From Escherichia coli (GTDB lineage: Bacteria; Pseudomonadota; Gammaproteobacteria; Enterobacterales; Enterobacteriaceae): a stretch of DNA of 64,000 bases. The stretch lies in assembly GCF_036507355.1 (NCBI RefSeq), contig NZ_AP027877.1. One strand, written 5' to 3'. Shown here one piece after another: positions 11,996 to 24,925 of this stretch. The position numbers were made by a program, and so were the translations under genes. The notes under the pieces were generated by a model. The model was not told the origin of the DNA. It searched no databases and worked only from the letters and a program-made list of their open reading frames with translations. Within the stretch, counting starts at the first letter, position 1, and the number at the start of each line of letters is the position of its first letter.

Positions 11996-12350
11996 GGTGA
12001 TGCTGCCAACTTACTGATTTAGTGTATGATGGTGTTTTTAAGGTGCTTGCGTGGCTTCCATTTCCATCAGATGTCCTTCCTGCTCCGCTACTGAAGGCGT
12101 GGTGCGTAACGGCAAAAGCACTGCCGGACATCAGCGCTATCTCTGCTCTCATTGCCGTAAAACATGGCAACTGCAGTTCACTTACACCGCCTCTCAGCCC
12201 GGTACGCACCAGAAAATCATTGATATGGCCATGAATGGCGTCGGATGTCGCGCCAGTGCACGCATTATGGGCGTTGGCCTCAACACGATTTTCCGCCATT
12301 TAAAAAACTCAGGCCGCAGTCGGTAACCTCGCGCATACAGCCGGGCAGTG
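11996..12350 (+). mobile_element. IS1 left portion (~355 bp), truncated by an IS2 insertion
   Basis: IS1 terminus GGTGATGCTGCCAACTTACTGATTTAGTGTATGATGGTG at 11996; intact insA; sequence switches to the IS2 terminus at 12351. Confidence 0.85.
12051..12326 (+). CDS. insA: IS1 InsA (91 aa, variant allele)
   Basis: [68 protein letters not shown].. Confidence 0.9.
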   Translation: MASISIRCPSCSATEGVVRNGKSTAGHQRYLCSHCRKTWQLQFTYTASQPGTHQKIIDMAMNGVGCRASARIMGVGLNTIFRHLKNSGRSR

Positions 12351-12979
12351 TAGACTGGCCCCCTGAATCTCCAGACAACCAATATCACTTAAATAAGTGA
12401 TAGTCTTAATACTAGTTTTTAGACTAGTCATTGGAGAACAGATGATTGATGTCTTAGGGCCGGAGAAACGCAGACGGCGTACTACACAGGAAAAGATCGC
12501 TATCGTTCAGCAGAGCTTTGAACCGGGAATGACGGTCTCCCTTGTTGCCCGGCAACATGGTGTGGCAGCCAGCCAGCTATTTCTCTGGCGTAAGCAATAC
12601 CAGGAGGGAAGTCTTACTGCTGTGGCTGCCGGAGAACAGGTCGTTCCTGCCTCTGAACTTGCTGCCGCCATGAAGCAGATTAAAGAACTCCAGCGCCTGC
12701 TCGGCAAAAAAACGATGGAAAATGAACTCCTTAAAGAAGCCGTTGAATATGGGCGAGCAAAAAAGTGGATAGCGCACGCGCCCTTATTGCCCGGGGATGG
12801 GGAGTAAGCTTCGTCAGCCGTTGTCTCCGGGTGTCGCGTGCGCAGTTGCACGTCATTCTCAGACGAACCGATGACTGGAAGGAAGGCCGCCGCAGCCGTC
12901 ACACGGATGATACGGATGTGCTTCGCCGTATACACCATGTTATCGGAGAGCTGCCCACATATGGTTATCGTCGGGTATC
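12351..12979 (+). mobile_element. IS2 left ~630 bp, 3' part deleted
   Basis: IS2 terminus TAGACTGGCCCCCTGAATCTCCAGACAACCAATATCACTTAAATAAGTGATAGTC at 12351; insC intact; insD reading frame leaves IS2 after ..PTYGYRRV near 12979. Confidence 0.85.
12442..12807 (+). CDS. insC: IS2 OrfA / InsC (121 aa)
   Basis: [56 protein letters not shown]..; A7 slippery run at 12707-12713. Confidence 0.9.
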
Positions 12980-13235
12980 CGGTCCCACCTTGCAGGTTTT
13001 ACGTACCCGCCAGTCGCCCGATGGCTGCGAGGATGGCAGTTACTACTACCTCGTGGATATGCAGAGAAAAACCGTCCAGCCACTGATGAATGCGCTGTGT
13101 ATTGCCGATAACATCAAACTGGAATACCAGGAGGTGACGGACCCGTATACCAAAGAAAAATACTTTGAGTACGCCCATGACGGCAAACTGATGGGGCAGC
13201 TACTGATACCCTCGAACCCTGACAATCAGGAATAA
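12765..13235 (+). pseudogene. Chimeric ORF: IS2 InsD N-terminus fused in frame to the 3' part of a YafY/YfjS-family lipoprotein gene
   Basis: N-terminal half is InsD (..[21 protein letters not shown]); C-terminal half (..[39 protein letters not shown]..) parallels the intact lipoprotein at 55404..55856. Confidence 0.7.
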
Positions 13236-13258
13236 AAACAACGATAAAGGAAACAGAA

Positions 13259-13726
13259 ATGACAATACGTTCACTAAGTCGGTTTGTGCTGGTGGGTGTA
13301 CTGCTCGCGAGCTTTAATGCCTCTGCTATCCCGGGGTTCTGGCAGCAGGGTTACGGTCAGGGCAATACGGAATACAGTGTGACCGAAGCCAGCGGGAAGA
13401 CGTTTACCATCAACTGCACAGGGAACCCGGACCAGAATGGTTTTTATCAGCATTCAGTCTTTCTTACCCTTGCCGATGACAAGATGGTCAGTTCGCACGA
13501 TGACGACACTACTATCACCGTAGTGATGGATCACCAGCAGTACATTATTCCGTCCAGCCTGGGCTGGCGTAACGGCGATAACGCCTGGTTTGACTTCATC
13601 AGCAATATCTCTGAGGCCGGGCAGTTCGACGTCTACGTCAATGACCACAAAGCAGGGACCTTCACTGCGGACCGGAAGAACGCTGAGAAAGTTCTGTCCA
13701 CTCTCGGAGACTGCAGCAACGACTGA
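13259..13726 (+). CDS. Secreted protein of unknown function, prophage-remnant module (YkfB-position)
   Basis: N-terminal signal peptide [23 protein letters not shown]; position between lipoprotein fragment and DUF905 gene. Confidence 0.55.
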   Translation: MTIRSLSRFVLVGVLLASFNASAIPGFWQQGYGQGNTEYSVTEASGKTFTINCTGNPDQNGFYQHSVFLTLADDKMVSSHDDDTTITVVMDHQQYIIPSSLGWRNGDNAWFDFISNISEAGQFDVYVNDHKAGTFTADRKNAEKVLSTLGDCSND

Positions 13727-13802
13727 TAGTAGTATCTTCCCCAGCAAATCCACCCCGACAGCTAGCAGGCTGCCGGGGTTTTCTTTTATCAGGAGCCCGA
13801 AA

Positions 13803-14042
13803 ATGACCCAATCCGTGTTGCTGCCACCGGGGCCTTTCACCCGGAGACAAGCGCAAGCGGTCACTACCACGTACAGCAATATCACACTCGAAGACGACCA
13901 GGGCAGTCACTTCCGTCTGGTGGTTCGTGATACTGAAGGCCGGATGGTCTGGCGGGCATGGAACTTTGAGCCGGATGCCGGTGAAGGTCTTAACCGCTAT
14001 ATCCGCACCTCAGGCATCCGTACAGACACGGCCACCCGCTGA
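13803..14042 (+). CDS. Small DUF905-like protein (79 aa, YkfF-position)
   Basis: ATG at 13803 inside ORF 13590..14042; size and position as in CP4-6/CP4-57-type modules. Confidence 0.5.
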   Translation: MTQSVLLPPGPFTRRQAQAVTTTYSNITLEDDQGSHFRLVVRDTEGRMVWRAWNFEPDAGEGLNRYIRTSGIRTDTATR

Positions 14043-14139
14043 TCGCGAAGCATTTACCCGCATTCACCTCCCCGAACACACTTTATATCCCCATACGCCA
14101 GCCATCGCCGCTGGCGTTTTTATTGACGGAGACATACCC

Positions 14140-14598
14140 ATGACAACACAGACGCAGCACGACCTCGCACCCGCTAACCAACCCGAATTTGAACTGACCG
14201 TCACGCCGGTCCCCGATGAACAGCGTATCGATTTCTGGCCACAGTACTTTGGCGCTATCCCGCAGTGGCTACTCCTGGAGCCGCATATCTTCGCCTGGAT
14301 GGACCGCTTCTGTGAGGGCTACAGCGGTGGTATCTGGTCGTTCTACACCCTCAGCAATGGCGGCGCATTTATGTCCCCCGAGCCTGACAACGATGAGACA
14401 TGGCGTCTGTTTAACTGCCTGAACGGTAACGATGCCCAAATGAGTGCAGAAGCAGCAGGTATTGCTGTCTGCCTGATTGCGTATAGCCACCATGCCTGCC
14501 GTACAGAATGTGACGCGATGACCGCACACTATTACCGCCTGCGGGAGTATGCCATGCAACATCCAGAGGCTCACGCCATTCTGCGTATTATCGACTGA
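14140..14598 (+). CDS. Antirestriction protein, ArdB/KlcA-like (YafX/YfjX family)
   Basis: ..[51 protein letters not shown].. ; paralogue of 58068..58538. Confidence 0.75.
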   Translation: MTTQTQHDLAPANQPEFELTVTPVPDEQRIDFWPQYFGAIPQWLLLEPHIFAWMDRFCEGYSGGIWSFYTLSNGGAFMSPEPDNDETWRLFNCLNGNDAQMSAEAAGIAVCLIAYSHHACRTECDAMTAHYYRLREYAMQHPEAHAILRIID

Positions 14599-14613
14599 CC
14601 GAAGGAGCAACAG

Positions 14614-15090
14614 ATGAAACAGCTTTCCTTTTTACCCGGCGAGATGACGCCACAGGACCGGCGTCTCATTCAGCGGGCGCTCAGGGCTCTGGACCGCCAC
14701 CTGCATGAGCCCGGCGTAGCCTTCACCTCTACCCACGCCGTACGTGAATGGCTGCGACTGCATATGGCCGCGCTTGAGCGGGAAGAGTTCCGGGTGTTGT
14801 ATCTGGACAACCAGAATCAGTTGATTGCCCATGAAACGCTCTTCACCGGCACGATTAACCGCACCGAGGTGCATCCCCGGGAGGTGGTCAAACGTGCTCT
14901 GCACTTCAACGCGGCGGCGGTGATACTCGCGCATAACCATCCTTCCGGCGAGACGACACCTAGCCAGGCCGACAAAACCCTCACGCAGCGACTGGTTCAG
15001 GTGCTTCAGCTGGTGGATATCCGTGTCCCTGACCATCTGATTGTCGGTGGCAGGCAAATCTATTCGTTCGCAGAACACGGTCTGCTTTGA
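14614..15090 (+). CDS. RadC-like JAB-domain protein (YkfG/YfjY/YeeS family)
   Basis: JAMM-like motif ..AAAVILAHNHPSGETTPSQADKTLTQRL.. Confidence 0.8.
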   Translation: MKQLSFLPGEMTPQDRRLIQRALRALDRHLHEPGVAFTSTHAVREWLRLHMAALEREEFRVLYLDNQNQLIAHETLFTGTINRTEVHPREVVKRALHFNAAAVILAHNHPSGETTPSQADKTLTQRLVQVLQLVDIRVPDHLIVGGRQIYSFAEHGLL

Positions 15091-15098
15091 GGTATTAC

Positions 15099-15320
15099 AT
15101 GAAAATTATCAGTAAACGCAGGGCAATGACGATATACCGCCAGCATCCTGAGTCCCGAATCTTTCGCTACTGCACCGGCAAATACCAGTGGCACGGTAGC
15201 GTCTGTCATTACACCGGCAGGGACGTTCCGGATATCGCCGGAGTCCTCGCGGTATACGCCGAACGCCGCCAAGACCGCAATGGGCCCTATACCTGCCTGA
15301 TGAGCATCACCCTGAACTGA
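15099..15320 (+). CDS. DUF987 protein (YkfH/YpjJ/YeeT family)
   Basis: MKIISKRRAMTIYRQHPESRIFRYCTGKYQWHGSVCHYTG.. ; paralogue at 59050..59271. Confidence 0.7.
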   Translation: MKIISKRRAMTIYRQHPESRIFRYCTGKYQWHGSVCHYTGRDVPDIAGVLAVYAERRQDRNGPYTCLMSITLN

Positions 15321-15338
15321 CAATAGTGGAGAACTGTA

Positions 15339-16018
<680 letters not shown>

Positions 16019-16399
16019 ACATTGCGTACAACCTTCCCGATTTACATTTCTGAACTTCCTCCCTTGTTTACCTATTGCGTAATGCGCCTGCTACTACCCG
16101 GCAGGCGCGTTATCTTTTTACGGACAAACAATCATGCAACCAGAAGTTGAAGTATTAACCGATCATAATGAGCTAATTTGTTCGAGCTTTATTGAACACA
16201 TTGCCAACACATTAAATTTAGGAGTGGTGTACAACTAAACCTGCAGCCAAGGATGTATAGTGAGCGAAGCCCTATCAGGCCTTTTTGGTCAGTAGATAAG
16301 ATTGATCTTCGTTGATAGAATTTACTTACACCAGCTGTTACATTAAGATAATTTTTTGGTGGGAGAATGATAAGATCTTACGTAACAATTTGATTTTAA

Positions 16400-16475
16400 T
16401 GGTGCCGATAATAGGAGTCGAACCTACGACCTTCGCATTACGAATGCGCTGCTCTACCAACTGAGCTATATCGGC
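16400..16475 (-). tRNA. thrW: tRNA-Thr (anticodon CGU)
   Basis: Reverse complement reads GCCGATATAGCTCAGTTGGTAGAGCAGCGCATTCGTAATGCGAAGGTCGTAGGTTCGACTCCTATTATCGGCACCA. Confidence 0.9.
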
Positions 16476-16589
16476 CCTGAAAGGACATGTTCACGAACGT
16501 GAATCACGGTGGACAAGGTTAAAACTAACCGGGCGATGCGTCAATGGCCTTGTGAATCAAATGGCTACTTTTGCATCACCCGATTTTAT

Positions 16590-17843
16590 TTACGCACGAA
16601 TGGTGTAATCACCAATGCCGATCCACTTGTAAGTGGTCAGTGCTTCCAGCCCCATTGGGCCACGCGCGTGGAGTTTTTGTGTGCTTACCGCCACTTCCGC
16701 ACCCAGTCCAAACTGGCCGCCGTCGGTAAAACGCGTAGAGGCGTTAACGTAAACAGCGGACGAATCCACTTCGTTAACAAAACGCTGGGCGTTGCGCATA
16801 TCGCGGGTCAGGATCGCATCGGAGTGTTGTGTGCCGTGTTCACGAATATGGGCGATGGCATCGTCAAGATCGCTGACGATTTTGACGTTCAAATCTAATG
16901 ACAGAAACTCATCGTCATACTCTTCGGCTTTAACCGCCACCACCTTCGCGGGGCCTGCCTGCAACTGTGTCAGCGCAGCTGCATCTGCGTGTAATGTCAC
17001 GCCGCTTTCCGCCATTTGTTTGCTTAATACGGGCAGGAAGCTATCGGCGATGTTTTTATTCACCAGCAACGTTTCTACCGTATTACATGTGCTCGGACGC
17101 TGAGTTTTCGCATTGACGATTACTTTCAGGGCTTCAGCAATCTCTGCACTTTCATCAACATAAATATGGCATACGCCTATACCACCTGTGATCACCGGGA
17201 TCGTCGACTGCTCGCGGCACAGTTTATGCAAACCAGCCCCGCCGCGCGGGATCAGCATGTCGATGTATTTATCCATACGCAGCATTTCACTGACCAGCGC
17301 ACGGTCAGGATTATCAATCGCCTGCACGGCACCCGCCGGTAAGCCACAGGATTTCAGGGCGTCCTGAATCACCGCCACCGTTGCCGCGTTAGTGCGACAG
17401 GTTTCTTTGCCACCACGCAGGATCACCGCATTACCGGTTTTCAGGCACAGCGAAGCGACATCAACCGTCACGTTCGGGCGCGCTTCATAAATCACGCCAG
17501 TAACCCCCAGCGGTACGCGACGACGCTCAAGACGCAGGCCGCTGTCCAGTACGCCGCCATCGATTACCTGCCCCACCGGATCGGCGAGGTTGCACACCTG
17601 GCGCACATCATCGGCAATGCCTTTCAGCCGTGCGGGCGTCAGTGCCAGACGGTCAAGCATCGCTTCGCTAAGGCCATTGGCTCGCGCGTCAGCAACATCC
17701 TGGGCGTTAGCGTTGAGGATGATTTCGCTTTGTGCTTCCAGTTCATCGGCGATTTTTTCCAGCACGCGATTTTTTTCGCGGCTGGAGAGTTGCGCTAATT
17801 TATACGAGGCTTGCTTCGCGGCAATGCCCATTTGTTCCAGCAT
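16590..17843 (-). CDS. proA: gamma-glutamyl phosphate reductase (417 aa)
   Basis: Full-length match to ProA. Confidence 0.95.
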   Translation of the reverse strand: MLEQMGIAAKQASYKLAQLSSREKNRVLEKIADELEAQSEIILNANAQDVADARANGLSEAMLDRLALTPARLKGIADDVRQVCNLADPVGQVIDGGVLDSGLRLERRRVPLGVTGVIYEARPNVTVDVASLCLKTGNAVILRGGKETCRTNAATVAVIQDALKSCGLPAGAVQAIDNPDRALVSEMLRMDKYIDMLIPRGGAGLHKLCREQSTIPVITGGIGVCHIYVDESAEIAEALKVIVNAKTQRPSTCNTVETLLVNKNIADSFLPVLSKQMAESGVTLHADAAALTQLQAGPAKVVAVKAEEYDDEFLSLDLNVKIVSDLDDAIAHIREHGTQHSDAILTRDMRNAQRFVNEVDSSAVYVNASTRFTDGGQFGLGAEVAVSTQKLHARGPMGLEALTTYKWIGIGDYTIRA

Positions 17844-17854
17844 CGGCCAGCTCC

Positions 17855-18958
17855 TTAACGGGTAATCATGTCATCACGGTGAACGGCAACCGGGCCGTAT
17901 TCATATCCCAGTATTGCATCAATTTCTTGCGAGTGGTGTCCGGCAATACGGCGTAATGCATCGCTGTTGTAACGACTGACGCCGTGGGCGATATCGCGAC
18001 CTTCGAGGTTACAAATGCGGATGACTTCACCACGCGAGAAATTGCCAGTCACGCTTTTAATGCCTTTCGGCAACAGGGAGCTGCCGCATTCAAGAATGGC
18101 GGCAGTTGCCCCTTCATCTACCGTGATTTCACCCGCCGGCGGCGCACCGAAAATCCAGCGTTTACGGTTTTCAAGCGGAGTCGCCTGGGCATGGAACAGC
18201 GTACCGACGGAAATGCCTTCCATCACATCACCAATGACGCCCGGCTTGCTGCCCGCGGCAATAATGGTGTCGATACCCGCACGGCAAGCCACGTCCGCGG
18301 CCTGCAATTTGGTACTCATGCCGCCAGTTCCGAGGCCTGAAACGCTGTCACCGGCAATCGCGCGCAGTGCGTCATCAATACCGTAAACATCTTTAATCAA
18401 TTCTGCCTGCGGATTACTGCGCGGGTCAGCGGTATACAAACCTTTTTGATCGGTCAGTAACAACAGTTTATCGGCACCCGCCAGAATCGCCGCCAGTGCA
18501 GAAAGGTTGTCGTTATCGCCGACTTTAATCTCTGCCGTAGCGACAGCATCGTTCTCATTGATTACCGGAACGATATTGTTATCGAGCAACGCACGCAGGG
18601 TGTCGCGGGCGTTCAGGAAGCGTTCACGGTCTTCCATATCAGCACGGGTCAGCAGCATTTGCCCGACGTGAATGCCATAAATTGAAAACAGCTGTTCCCA
18701 CAGTTGAATCAGTCGACTCTGCCCTACCGCCGCCAGCAGTTGTTTCGAGGCGATAGTCGCTGGCAGTTCTGGGTAACCCAGGTGCTCACGTCCGGCGGCG
18801 ATCGCGCCCGACGTCACAATAACAATCCGATGCCCGGCGGCATGTAACTGCGCGCACTGGCGAACAAGTTCAACGATATGGGCACGGTTCAGGCGGCGCG
18901 ATCCGCCTGTTAGCACACTGGTGCCGAGTTTTACCACCAGCGTCTGGCTGTCACTCAT
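17855..18958 (-). CDS. proB: glutamate 5-kinase (367 aa)
   Basis: Start at [19 protein letters not shown] inside ORF 17855..19045. Confidence 0.95.
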   Translation of the reverse strand: MSDSQTLVVKLGTSVLTGGSRRLNRAHIVELVRQCAQLHAAGHRIVIVTSGAIAAGREHLGYPELPATIASKQLLAAVGQSRLIQLWEQLFSIYGIHVGQMLLTRADMEDRERFLNARDTLRALLDNNIVPVINENDAVATAEIKVGDNDNLSALAAILAGADKLLLLTDQKGLYTADPRSNPQAELIKDVYGIDDALRAIAGDSVSGLGTGGMSTKLQAADVACRAGIDTIIAAGSKPGVIGDVMEGISVGTLFHAQATPLENRKRWIFGAPPAGEITVDEGATAAILECGSSLLPKGIKSVTGNFSRGEVIRICNLEGRDIAHGVSRYNSDALRRIAGHHSQEIDAILGYEYGPVAVHRDDMITR

Positions 18959-19245
18959 GATTCTCTGCCATTCAATTTTAGGAAAAATGATATCAAACGA
19001 ACGTTTTAGCAGGACTGTCGTCGGTTGCCAACCATCTGCGAGCAAAGCATGGCGTTTTGTTGCGCGGGATCAGCAAGCCTAGCGGCAGTTGTTTACGCTT
19101 TTATTACAGATTTAATAAATTACCACATTTTAAGAATATCATTAATCTGTAATATATCTTTAACAATCTCAGGTTAAAAACTTTCCTGTTTTCAACGGGA
19201 CTCTCCCGCTGAATATTCGCGCGTTAATTAAAATCAGGAATGAAA

Positions 19246-20301
19246 ATGAAAAAGAGCACTCTGGCATTAGTGGTGATGGGCATTGTGGCATCTGCATCCG
19301 TACAGGCCGCAGAAATATATAACAAAGACGGTAATAAACTGGATGTCTATGGCAAAGTTAAAGCCATGCATTATATGAGTGATAACGACAGTAAAGATGG
19401 CGACCAGAGTTATATCCGTTTTGGTTTTAAAGGCGAAACACAAATTAACGATCAACTGACTGGTTATGGTCGTTGGGAAGCAGAGTTTGCCGGTAATAAA
19501 GCAGAGAGTGATACTGCACAGCAAAAAACGCGTCTCGCTTTTGCCGGGTTGAAATATAAAGATTTGGGTTCTTTCGATTATGGTCGTAACCTGGGCGCGT
19601 TGTATGACGTGGAAGCCTGGACCGATATGTTCCCGGAATTTGGTGGCGACTCCTCGGCGCAGACCGACAACTTTATGACCAAACGCGCCAGCGGTCTGGC
19701 GACGTATCGGAACACCGACTTCTTCGGCGTTATCGATGGCCTGAACTTAACCCTGCAATATCAAGGGAAAAACGAAAACCGCGACGTTAAAAAGCAAAAC
19801 GGCGATGGCTTCGGCACGTCATTGACATATGACTTTGGCGGCAGCGATTTCGCCATTAGTGGGGCCTATACCAACTCAGATCGCACCAACGAGCAGAACC
19901 TGCAAAGCCGTGGCACAGGCAAGCGTGCAGAAGCATGGGCTACAGGTCTGAAATACGATGCCAATAATATTTATCTGGCAACTTTTTATTCTGAAACACG
20001 CAAAATGACGCCAATAACTGGCGGCTTTGCCAATAAGACACAGAACTTTGAAGCGGTCGCTCAATACCAGTTTGACTTTGGTTTGCGTCCATCGCTGGGT
20101 TATGTCTTATCGAAAGGGAAAGATATTGAAGGTATCGGTGATGAAGATCTGGTCAATTATATCGATGTCGGTGCTACATATTATTTCAACAAAAATATGT
20201 CAGCGTTTGTTGATTATAAAATCAACCAACTGGATAGCGATAACAAATTGAATATTAATAATGATGATATTGTCGCGGTTGGCATGACCTATCAGTTTTA
20301 A
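19246..20301 (+). CDS. phoE: outer membrane phosphoporin PhoE (351 aa)
   Basis: [37 protein letters not shown].. ending ..VGMTYQF. Confidence 0.95.
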   Translation: MKKSTLALVVMGIVASASVQAAEIYNKDGNKLDVYGKVKAMHYMSDNDSKDGDQSYIRFGFKGETQINDQLTGYGRWEAEFAGNKAESDTAQQKTRLAFAGLKYKDLGSFDYGRNLGALYDVEAWTDMFPEFGGDSSAQTDNFMTKRASGLATYRNTDFFGVIDGLNLTLQYQGKNENRDVKKQNGDGFGTSLTYDFGGSDFAISGAYTNSDRTNEQNLQSRGTGKRAEAWATGLKYDANNIYLATFYSETRKMTPITGGFANKTQNFEAVAQYQFDFGLRPSLGYVLSKGKDIEGIGDEDLVNYIDVGATYYFNKNMSAFVDYKINQLDSDNKLNINNDDIVAVGMTYQF

Positions 20302-20309
20302 TGATTATT

Positions 20310-20330
20310 GCCGGATGTGATGCATCCGGC
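20310..20330. terminator. Shared hairpin between convergent phoE and crl
   Basis: gccggatg-tgatg-catccggc immediately after the phoE stop. Confidence 0.5.
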
Positions 20331-20339
20331 ACATTTCAC

Positions 20340-20798
<459 letters not shown>

Positions 20799-22043
20799 TT
20801 AACACAAGCGTTTTTCGATCCAGTCGGTGATTTCCTGAAGACCTTTGTCAAAATTCCGATACACCGGGTTAAATGGGATCTCTAATAATTTACCGTCAGC
20901 AGATGATGAGGTGATTAAGCGTGAGTCCTCTTCCGGGCTGAACGGATCGTTCTTCCAGTAGCCTGATAACATTGGCGTTGGGCAGCGACGTCCCAGCAAT
21001 CCTTGCACTTTTAATGAATAGCGATTCAGCTCCACGCGCAACGCTTCATCGGAAGCATCATGCATCCCCAAACGACTCGCCAGAACGTCAAGATACATTT
21101 CCGGCACCTGTTGCTGGCACTTAAAATCACTCAACAGGGTATGAACTACCGGACCAAGACAGGCAACCGCTTTCAGACGCGGCGATTCAAGATATGCCAG
21201 ACGCACGGCAACGTTAGCGCCGAAACGGAAACCAAAGGCCGCGACGCGAGTGTGATCCACCCACGGTACGTTAGGCAGAGCCTTTAAGACGTGCTGATGC
21301 AACAGGCTGGAGTCCTGGGTGAGCTTCCATTTTGATGAAAAGCCCACCGACGGCATATCAATAGTCAGCATCGCAATGCCGCGCGGCGCAAAATAACGTT
21401 CATACAGGCTGTAATAGTCCGTCTGCATCGCATCCAGACCACCACACATTAATACCGTCGGGAACGGGCCATCGCCTTTCGGCATATGCAAAAAGCCGGT
21501 GATGGGCGCACCGCCGGGTACGGTAAACTCCATCTGCCGCATCGTGCCCGGCAGACGCTGAGCGGCCTCTTCATAGGCGCGGTTTGACAAAGTCTGCGCT
21601 TGCTCGGCCAGGTCATCTCCTTTCAGATGAGGATAGGCGGCAATGTTGTACAACGTAGCCGCATGCAGCCAGTGACGACCACTGAGTTGCGGATCTTCTT
21701 CCGCACAGGCTTTTTGTTGCCACACCATCGCCTGGGTGGCCCACTCATAAATCCAGTTGCCGCCACGGTAGCCAATCACCGTATCGTATAAATCATCGTC
21801 GGTACGTTCGGCATCGCTCATCACAATACGTGCCTGGACGTCGAGGATTTCGCGTGGGTCAATGCCGCGCCAGATCCACATCAGACGGTTAATCATGCGA
21901 TACCAGTGAGGGATGGTTTTACCATCAAGGGCCGACTGCACAGGCGGTTGTGCGCCGTGATTAAAGCGGCGGACTAGCGTCGAGGTTTCAGGATGTTTAA
22001 AGCGGGGTTTGAACAGGGTTTCGCTCAGGTTTGCCTGTGTCAT
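20799..22043 (-). CDS. frsA: esterase FrsA (414 aa)
   Basis: Full-length match; alpha/beta hydrolase. Confidence 0.9.
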   Translation of the reverse strand: MTQANLSETLFKPRFKHPETSTLVRRFNHGAQPPVQSALDGKTIPHWYRMINRLMWIWRGIDPREILDVQARIVMSDAERTDDDLYDTVIGYRGGNWIYEWATQAMVWQQKACAEEDPQLSGRHWLHAATLYNIAAYPHLKGDDLAEQAQTLSNRAYEEAAQRLPGTMRQMEFTVPGGAPITGFLHMPKGDGPFPTVLMCGGLDAMQTDYYSLYERYFAPRGIAMLTIDMPSVGFSSKWKLTQDSSLLHQHVLKALPNVPWVDHTRVAAFGFRFGANVAVRLAYLESPRLKAVACLGPVVHTLLSDFKCQQQVPEMYLDVLASRLGMHDASDEALRVELNRYSLKVQGLLGRRCPTPMLSGYWKNDPFSPEEDSRLITSSSADGKLLEIPFNPVYRNFDKGLQEITDWIEKRLC

Positions 22044-22134
22044 GGATGCAGCCTCCAGAATACTTACTGGAAACTATTGTAACCCGCCTGAAGTTAAAAA
22101 GAACAACGCCCGGCAGTGCCAGGCGTTGAAAAGA

Positions 22135-22593
22135 TTAGCGACCGGAGATTGGCGGGACGAATACGACGCCCATATCCCACGGCTGTTCGATCCAGGTATC
22201 TTGCGGGATATCAACAACATAATCATCAACCAGCGGACGACCAGCCGGTTTTGCAAAGATGGTGACAAAGTGCGCTTTTGGATACATTTCACGAATCGCA
22301 ACCGCAGTACCACCGGTATCCACCAGGTCATCAATAACGATGAAGCCTTCGCCATCGCCTTCTGCGCGTTTCAGCACTTTAAGCTCGCGCTGGTTGTCGT
22401 GATCGTAGCTGGAAATACAAACGGTATCGACATGACGAATACCCAGTTCACGCGCCAGTAACGCACCCGGTACCAGACCGCCACGGCTTACGGCAATAAT
22501 GCCTTTCCATTGTTCAGAAGGCATCAGTCGGCTTGCGAGTTTACGTGCATGGATCTGCAACATGTCCCAGGTGACGATGTATTTTTCGCTCAT
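22135..22593 (-). CDS. gpt: xanthine-guanine phosphoribosyltransferase (152 aa)
   Basis: [50 protein letters not shown].. Confidence 0.95.
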
Positions 22594-22853
22594 GTGAAGT
22601 GTCCCAGCCTGTTTATCTACGGCTTAAAAAGTGTTCGAGGGGAAAATAGGTTGCGCGAGATTATAGAGATCTGGCGCACTAAAAACCAGTATTTCACATG
22701 AGTCCGCGTCTTTTTACGCACTGCCTCTCCCTGACGCGGGATAAAGTGGTATTCTCAAACATATCTCGCAAGCCTGTCTTGTGTTGACAACATTTTCTGC
22801 TAACCCTGTGACCTGCAATACTGTTTTGCGGGTGATCGACAAGGAGACTTAAC

Positions 22854-24311
22854 GTGTCTGAACTGTCTCAATTATCTCCACAGCCGCTGTGGGATATTTT
22901 TGCCAAAATCTGTTCTATTCCTCACCCGTCCTATCATGAAGAGCAACTCGCTGAATACATTGTTGGTTGGGCAAAAGAGAAAGGTTTCCATGTCGAACGC
23001 GATCAGGTAGGTAATATCCTGATTCGTAAACCTGCTACAGCAGGTATGGAAAATCGTAAACCGGTCGTCTTGCAGGCCCACCTCGATATGGTGCCGCAGA
23101 AAAATAACGACACCGTGCATGACTTCACGAAAGATCCTATCCAGCCTTATATTGATGGCGAATGGGTTAAAGCGCGCGGCACCACGCTGGGTGCGGATAA
23201 CGGCATTGGTATGGCCTCTGCACTGGCGGTTCTGGCTGACGAAAACGTGGTTCACGGTCCGCTGGAAGTGCTGCTGACCATGACCGAAGAAGCCGGTATG
23301 GACGGTGCTTTTGGCTTACAGAGCAACTGGTTGCAGGCTGATATTCTGATTAACACCGACTCCGAAGAAGAAGGTGAAATCTACATGGGTTGCGCGGGGG
23401 GTATCGACTTCACCTCCAACCTGCATTTAGATCGTGAAGCGGTTCCAGCTGGTTTTGAAACCTTCAAGTTAACCTTAAAAGGTCTGAAAGGCGGTCACTC
23501 CGGCGGGGAAATCCACGTTGGCCTGGGTAATGCCAACAAACTGCTGGTGCGCTTCCTGGCGGGTCATGCAGAAGAACTGGACCTGCGTCTTATCGATTTC
23601 AACGGCGGCACACTGCGTAACGCCATCCCGCGTGAAGCCTTTGCGACCATTGCTGTCGCAGCTGATAAAGTCGACGCCCTGAAATCTCTGGTGAATACCT
23701 ATCAGGAGATCCTGAAAAACGAGCTGGCAGAGAAAGAGAAAAATCTGGCCTTGTTGCTGGACTCTGTAGCGAACGATAAAGCTGCCCTGATTGCGAAATC
23801 TCGCGATACCTTTATTCGTCTGCTGAACGCCACCCCGAACGGTGTGATCCGCAATTCCGACGTGGCAAAAGGTGTGGTCGAAACCTCCCTGAACGTCGGT
23901 GTGGTGACCATGACTGACAATAACGTAGAAATTCACTGCCTGATCCGTTCTCTGATCGACAGCGGTAAAGACTACGTGGTGAGCATGCTGGATTCGCTGG
24001 GTAAACTGGCTGGCGCGAAAACCGAAGCGAAAGGCGCATATCCTGGCTGGCAGCCGGACGCTAATTCTCCGGTGATGCATCTGGTACGTGAAACCTATCA
24101 GCGCCTGTTCAACAAGACGCCGAACATCCAGATTATCCACGCGGGCCTGGAATGTGGTCTGTTCAAAAAACCGTATCCGGAAATGGACATGGTTTCTATC
24201 GGGCCAACAATCACCGGTCCACACTCTCCGGATGAGCAAGTTCACATCGAAAGCGTAGGTCATTACTGGACACTGCTGACTGAACTGCTGAAAGAAATTC
24301 CGGCGAAGTAA
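22854..24311 (+). CDS. pepD: cytosol nonspecific dipeptidase (485 aa, GTG start)
   Basis: MSELSQLSPQPLWDIFAKICSIPHPSYHEEQLAEYIV.. Confidence 0.95.
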   Translation: MSELSQLSPQPLWDIFAKICSIPHPSYHEEQLAEYIVGWAKEKGFHVERDQVGNILIRKPATAGMENRKPVVLQAHLDMVPQKNNDTVHDFTKDPIQPYIDGEWVKARGTTLGADNGIGMASALAVLADENVVHGPLEVLLTMTEEAGMDGAFGLQSNWLQADILINTDSEEEGEIYMGCAGGIDFTSNLHLDREAVPAGFETFKLTLKGLKGGHSGGEIHVGLGNANKLLVRFLAGHAEELDLRLIDFNGGTLRNAIPREAFATIAVAADKVDALKSLVNTYQEILKNELAEKEKNLALLLDSVANDKAALIAKSRDTFIRLLNATPNGVIRNSDVAKGVVETSLNVGVVTMTDNNVEIHCLIRSLIDSGKDYVVSMLDSLGKLAGAKTEAKGAYPGWQPDANSPVMHLVRETYQRLFNKTPNIQIIHAGLECGLFKKPYPEMDMVSIGPTITGPHSPDEQVHIESVGHYWTLLTELLKEIPAK

Positions 24312-24322
24312 TTATTTGATTT

Positions 24323-24358
24323 GCTGCCGGATGGCGTTTAATCGCCTTCCGGCAGTTT
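24323..24358. terminator. Hairpin between convergent pepD and prfH remnant
   Basis: ctgccggatggcg..cgccttccggcag inverted repeat followed by TTTCA. Confidence 0.45.
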
Positions 24359-24367
24359 CATCCTTCA

Positions 24368-24925
24368 TTATCCTTCGATAAAAGCCATCCCTGTGAACGT
24401 TCGTCGCGGGTTGCCACGTTCAATCTGGTGATGGAACATTCGCCGCTGCGATTTCAGCGCCGCGCTATTTTCCTGTTGCTGCTGCCCCAGCTTCCAGGCA
24501 ATCAGCAATCGCGCCAGCCGTTTGTTAGCATGCTGGCTGCGCTCTGACTGAACCTTCACGCTAATACCGGATGCCAGATGCGTGGCGCGTACCGCCGAGT
24601 CGGTTTTATTGACATGTTGACCGCCCGGCCCCGACGAACGCAGCGTCTCATAACGGATTGCATCCGATTGTTCCTGCTCATCAGCGGTAAAACGCCCAAT
24701 GCCCAGAAACCAGTTTTTGCGCCCATGATGAGGCCGATACGGACTCGGACAAATCCACTGAATAGTGCCGCACCAACTTTCGCTTAATGCCCATGCGTTA
24801 TCGCCATCCAGAGAAATCAGCGCCGAACGCAGCGTGTCAGAGTAGCGGCCTGTTTCTGTTTCCAGCACCGTTACCGCGACGTCTTGTCGGGTAAAAACGA
24901 CCAACAGAGAAGAACGCTGCGCCAA
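24368..24925 (-). pseudogene. prfH: peptide chain release factor H homologue, N-terminally truncated
   Basis: Carries the GGQ motif (..[21 protein letters not shown]..) but lacks the N-terminal segment of full-length PrfH. Confidence 0.75.

Noticed and set aside
12507-12938. 143-aa minus-strand ORF
   Set aside because: Antisense to IS2 insC and insD
16400-16475. Integrase-bearing active island at thrW (and likewise aspV at 61863..61939)
   Set aside because: No tyrosine or serine recombinase ORF is found adjacent to either tRNA; both islands look degenerate
23475-24263. 262-aa minus-strand ORF
   Set aside because: Antisense to pepD
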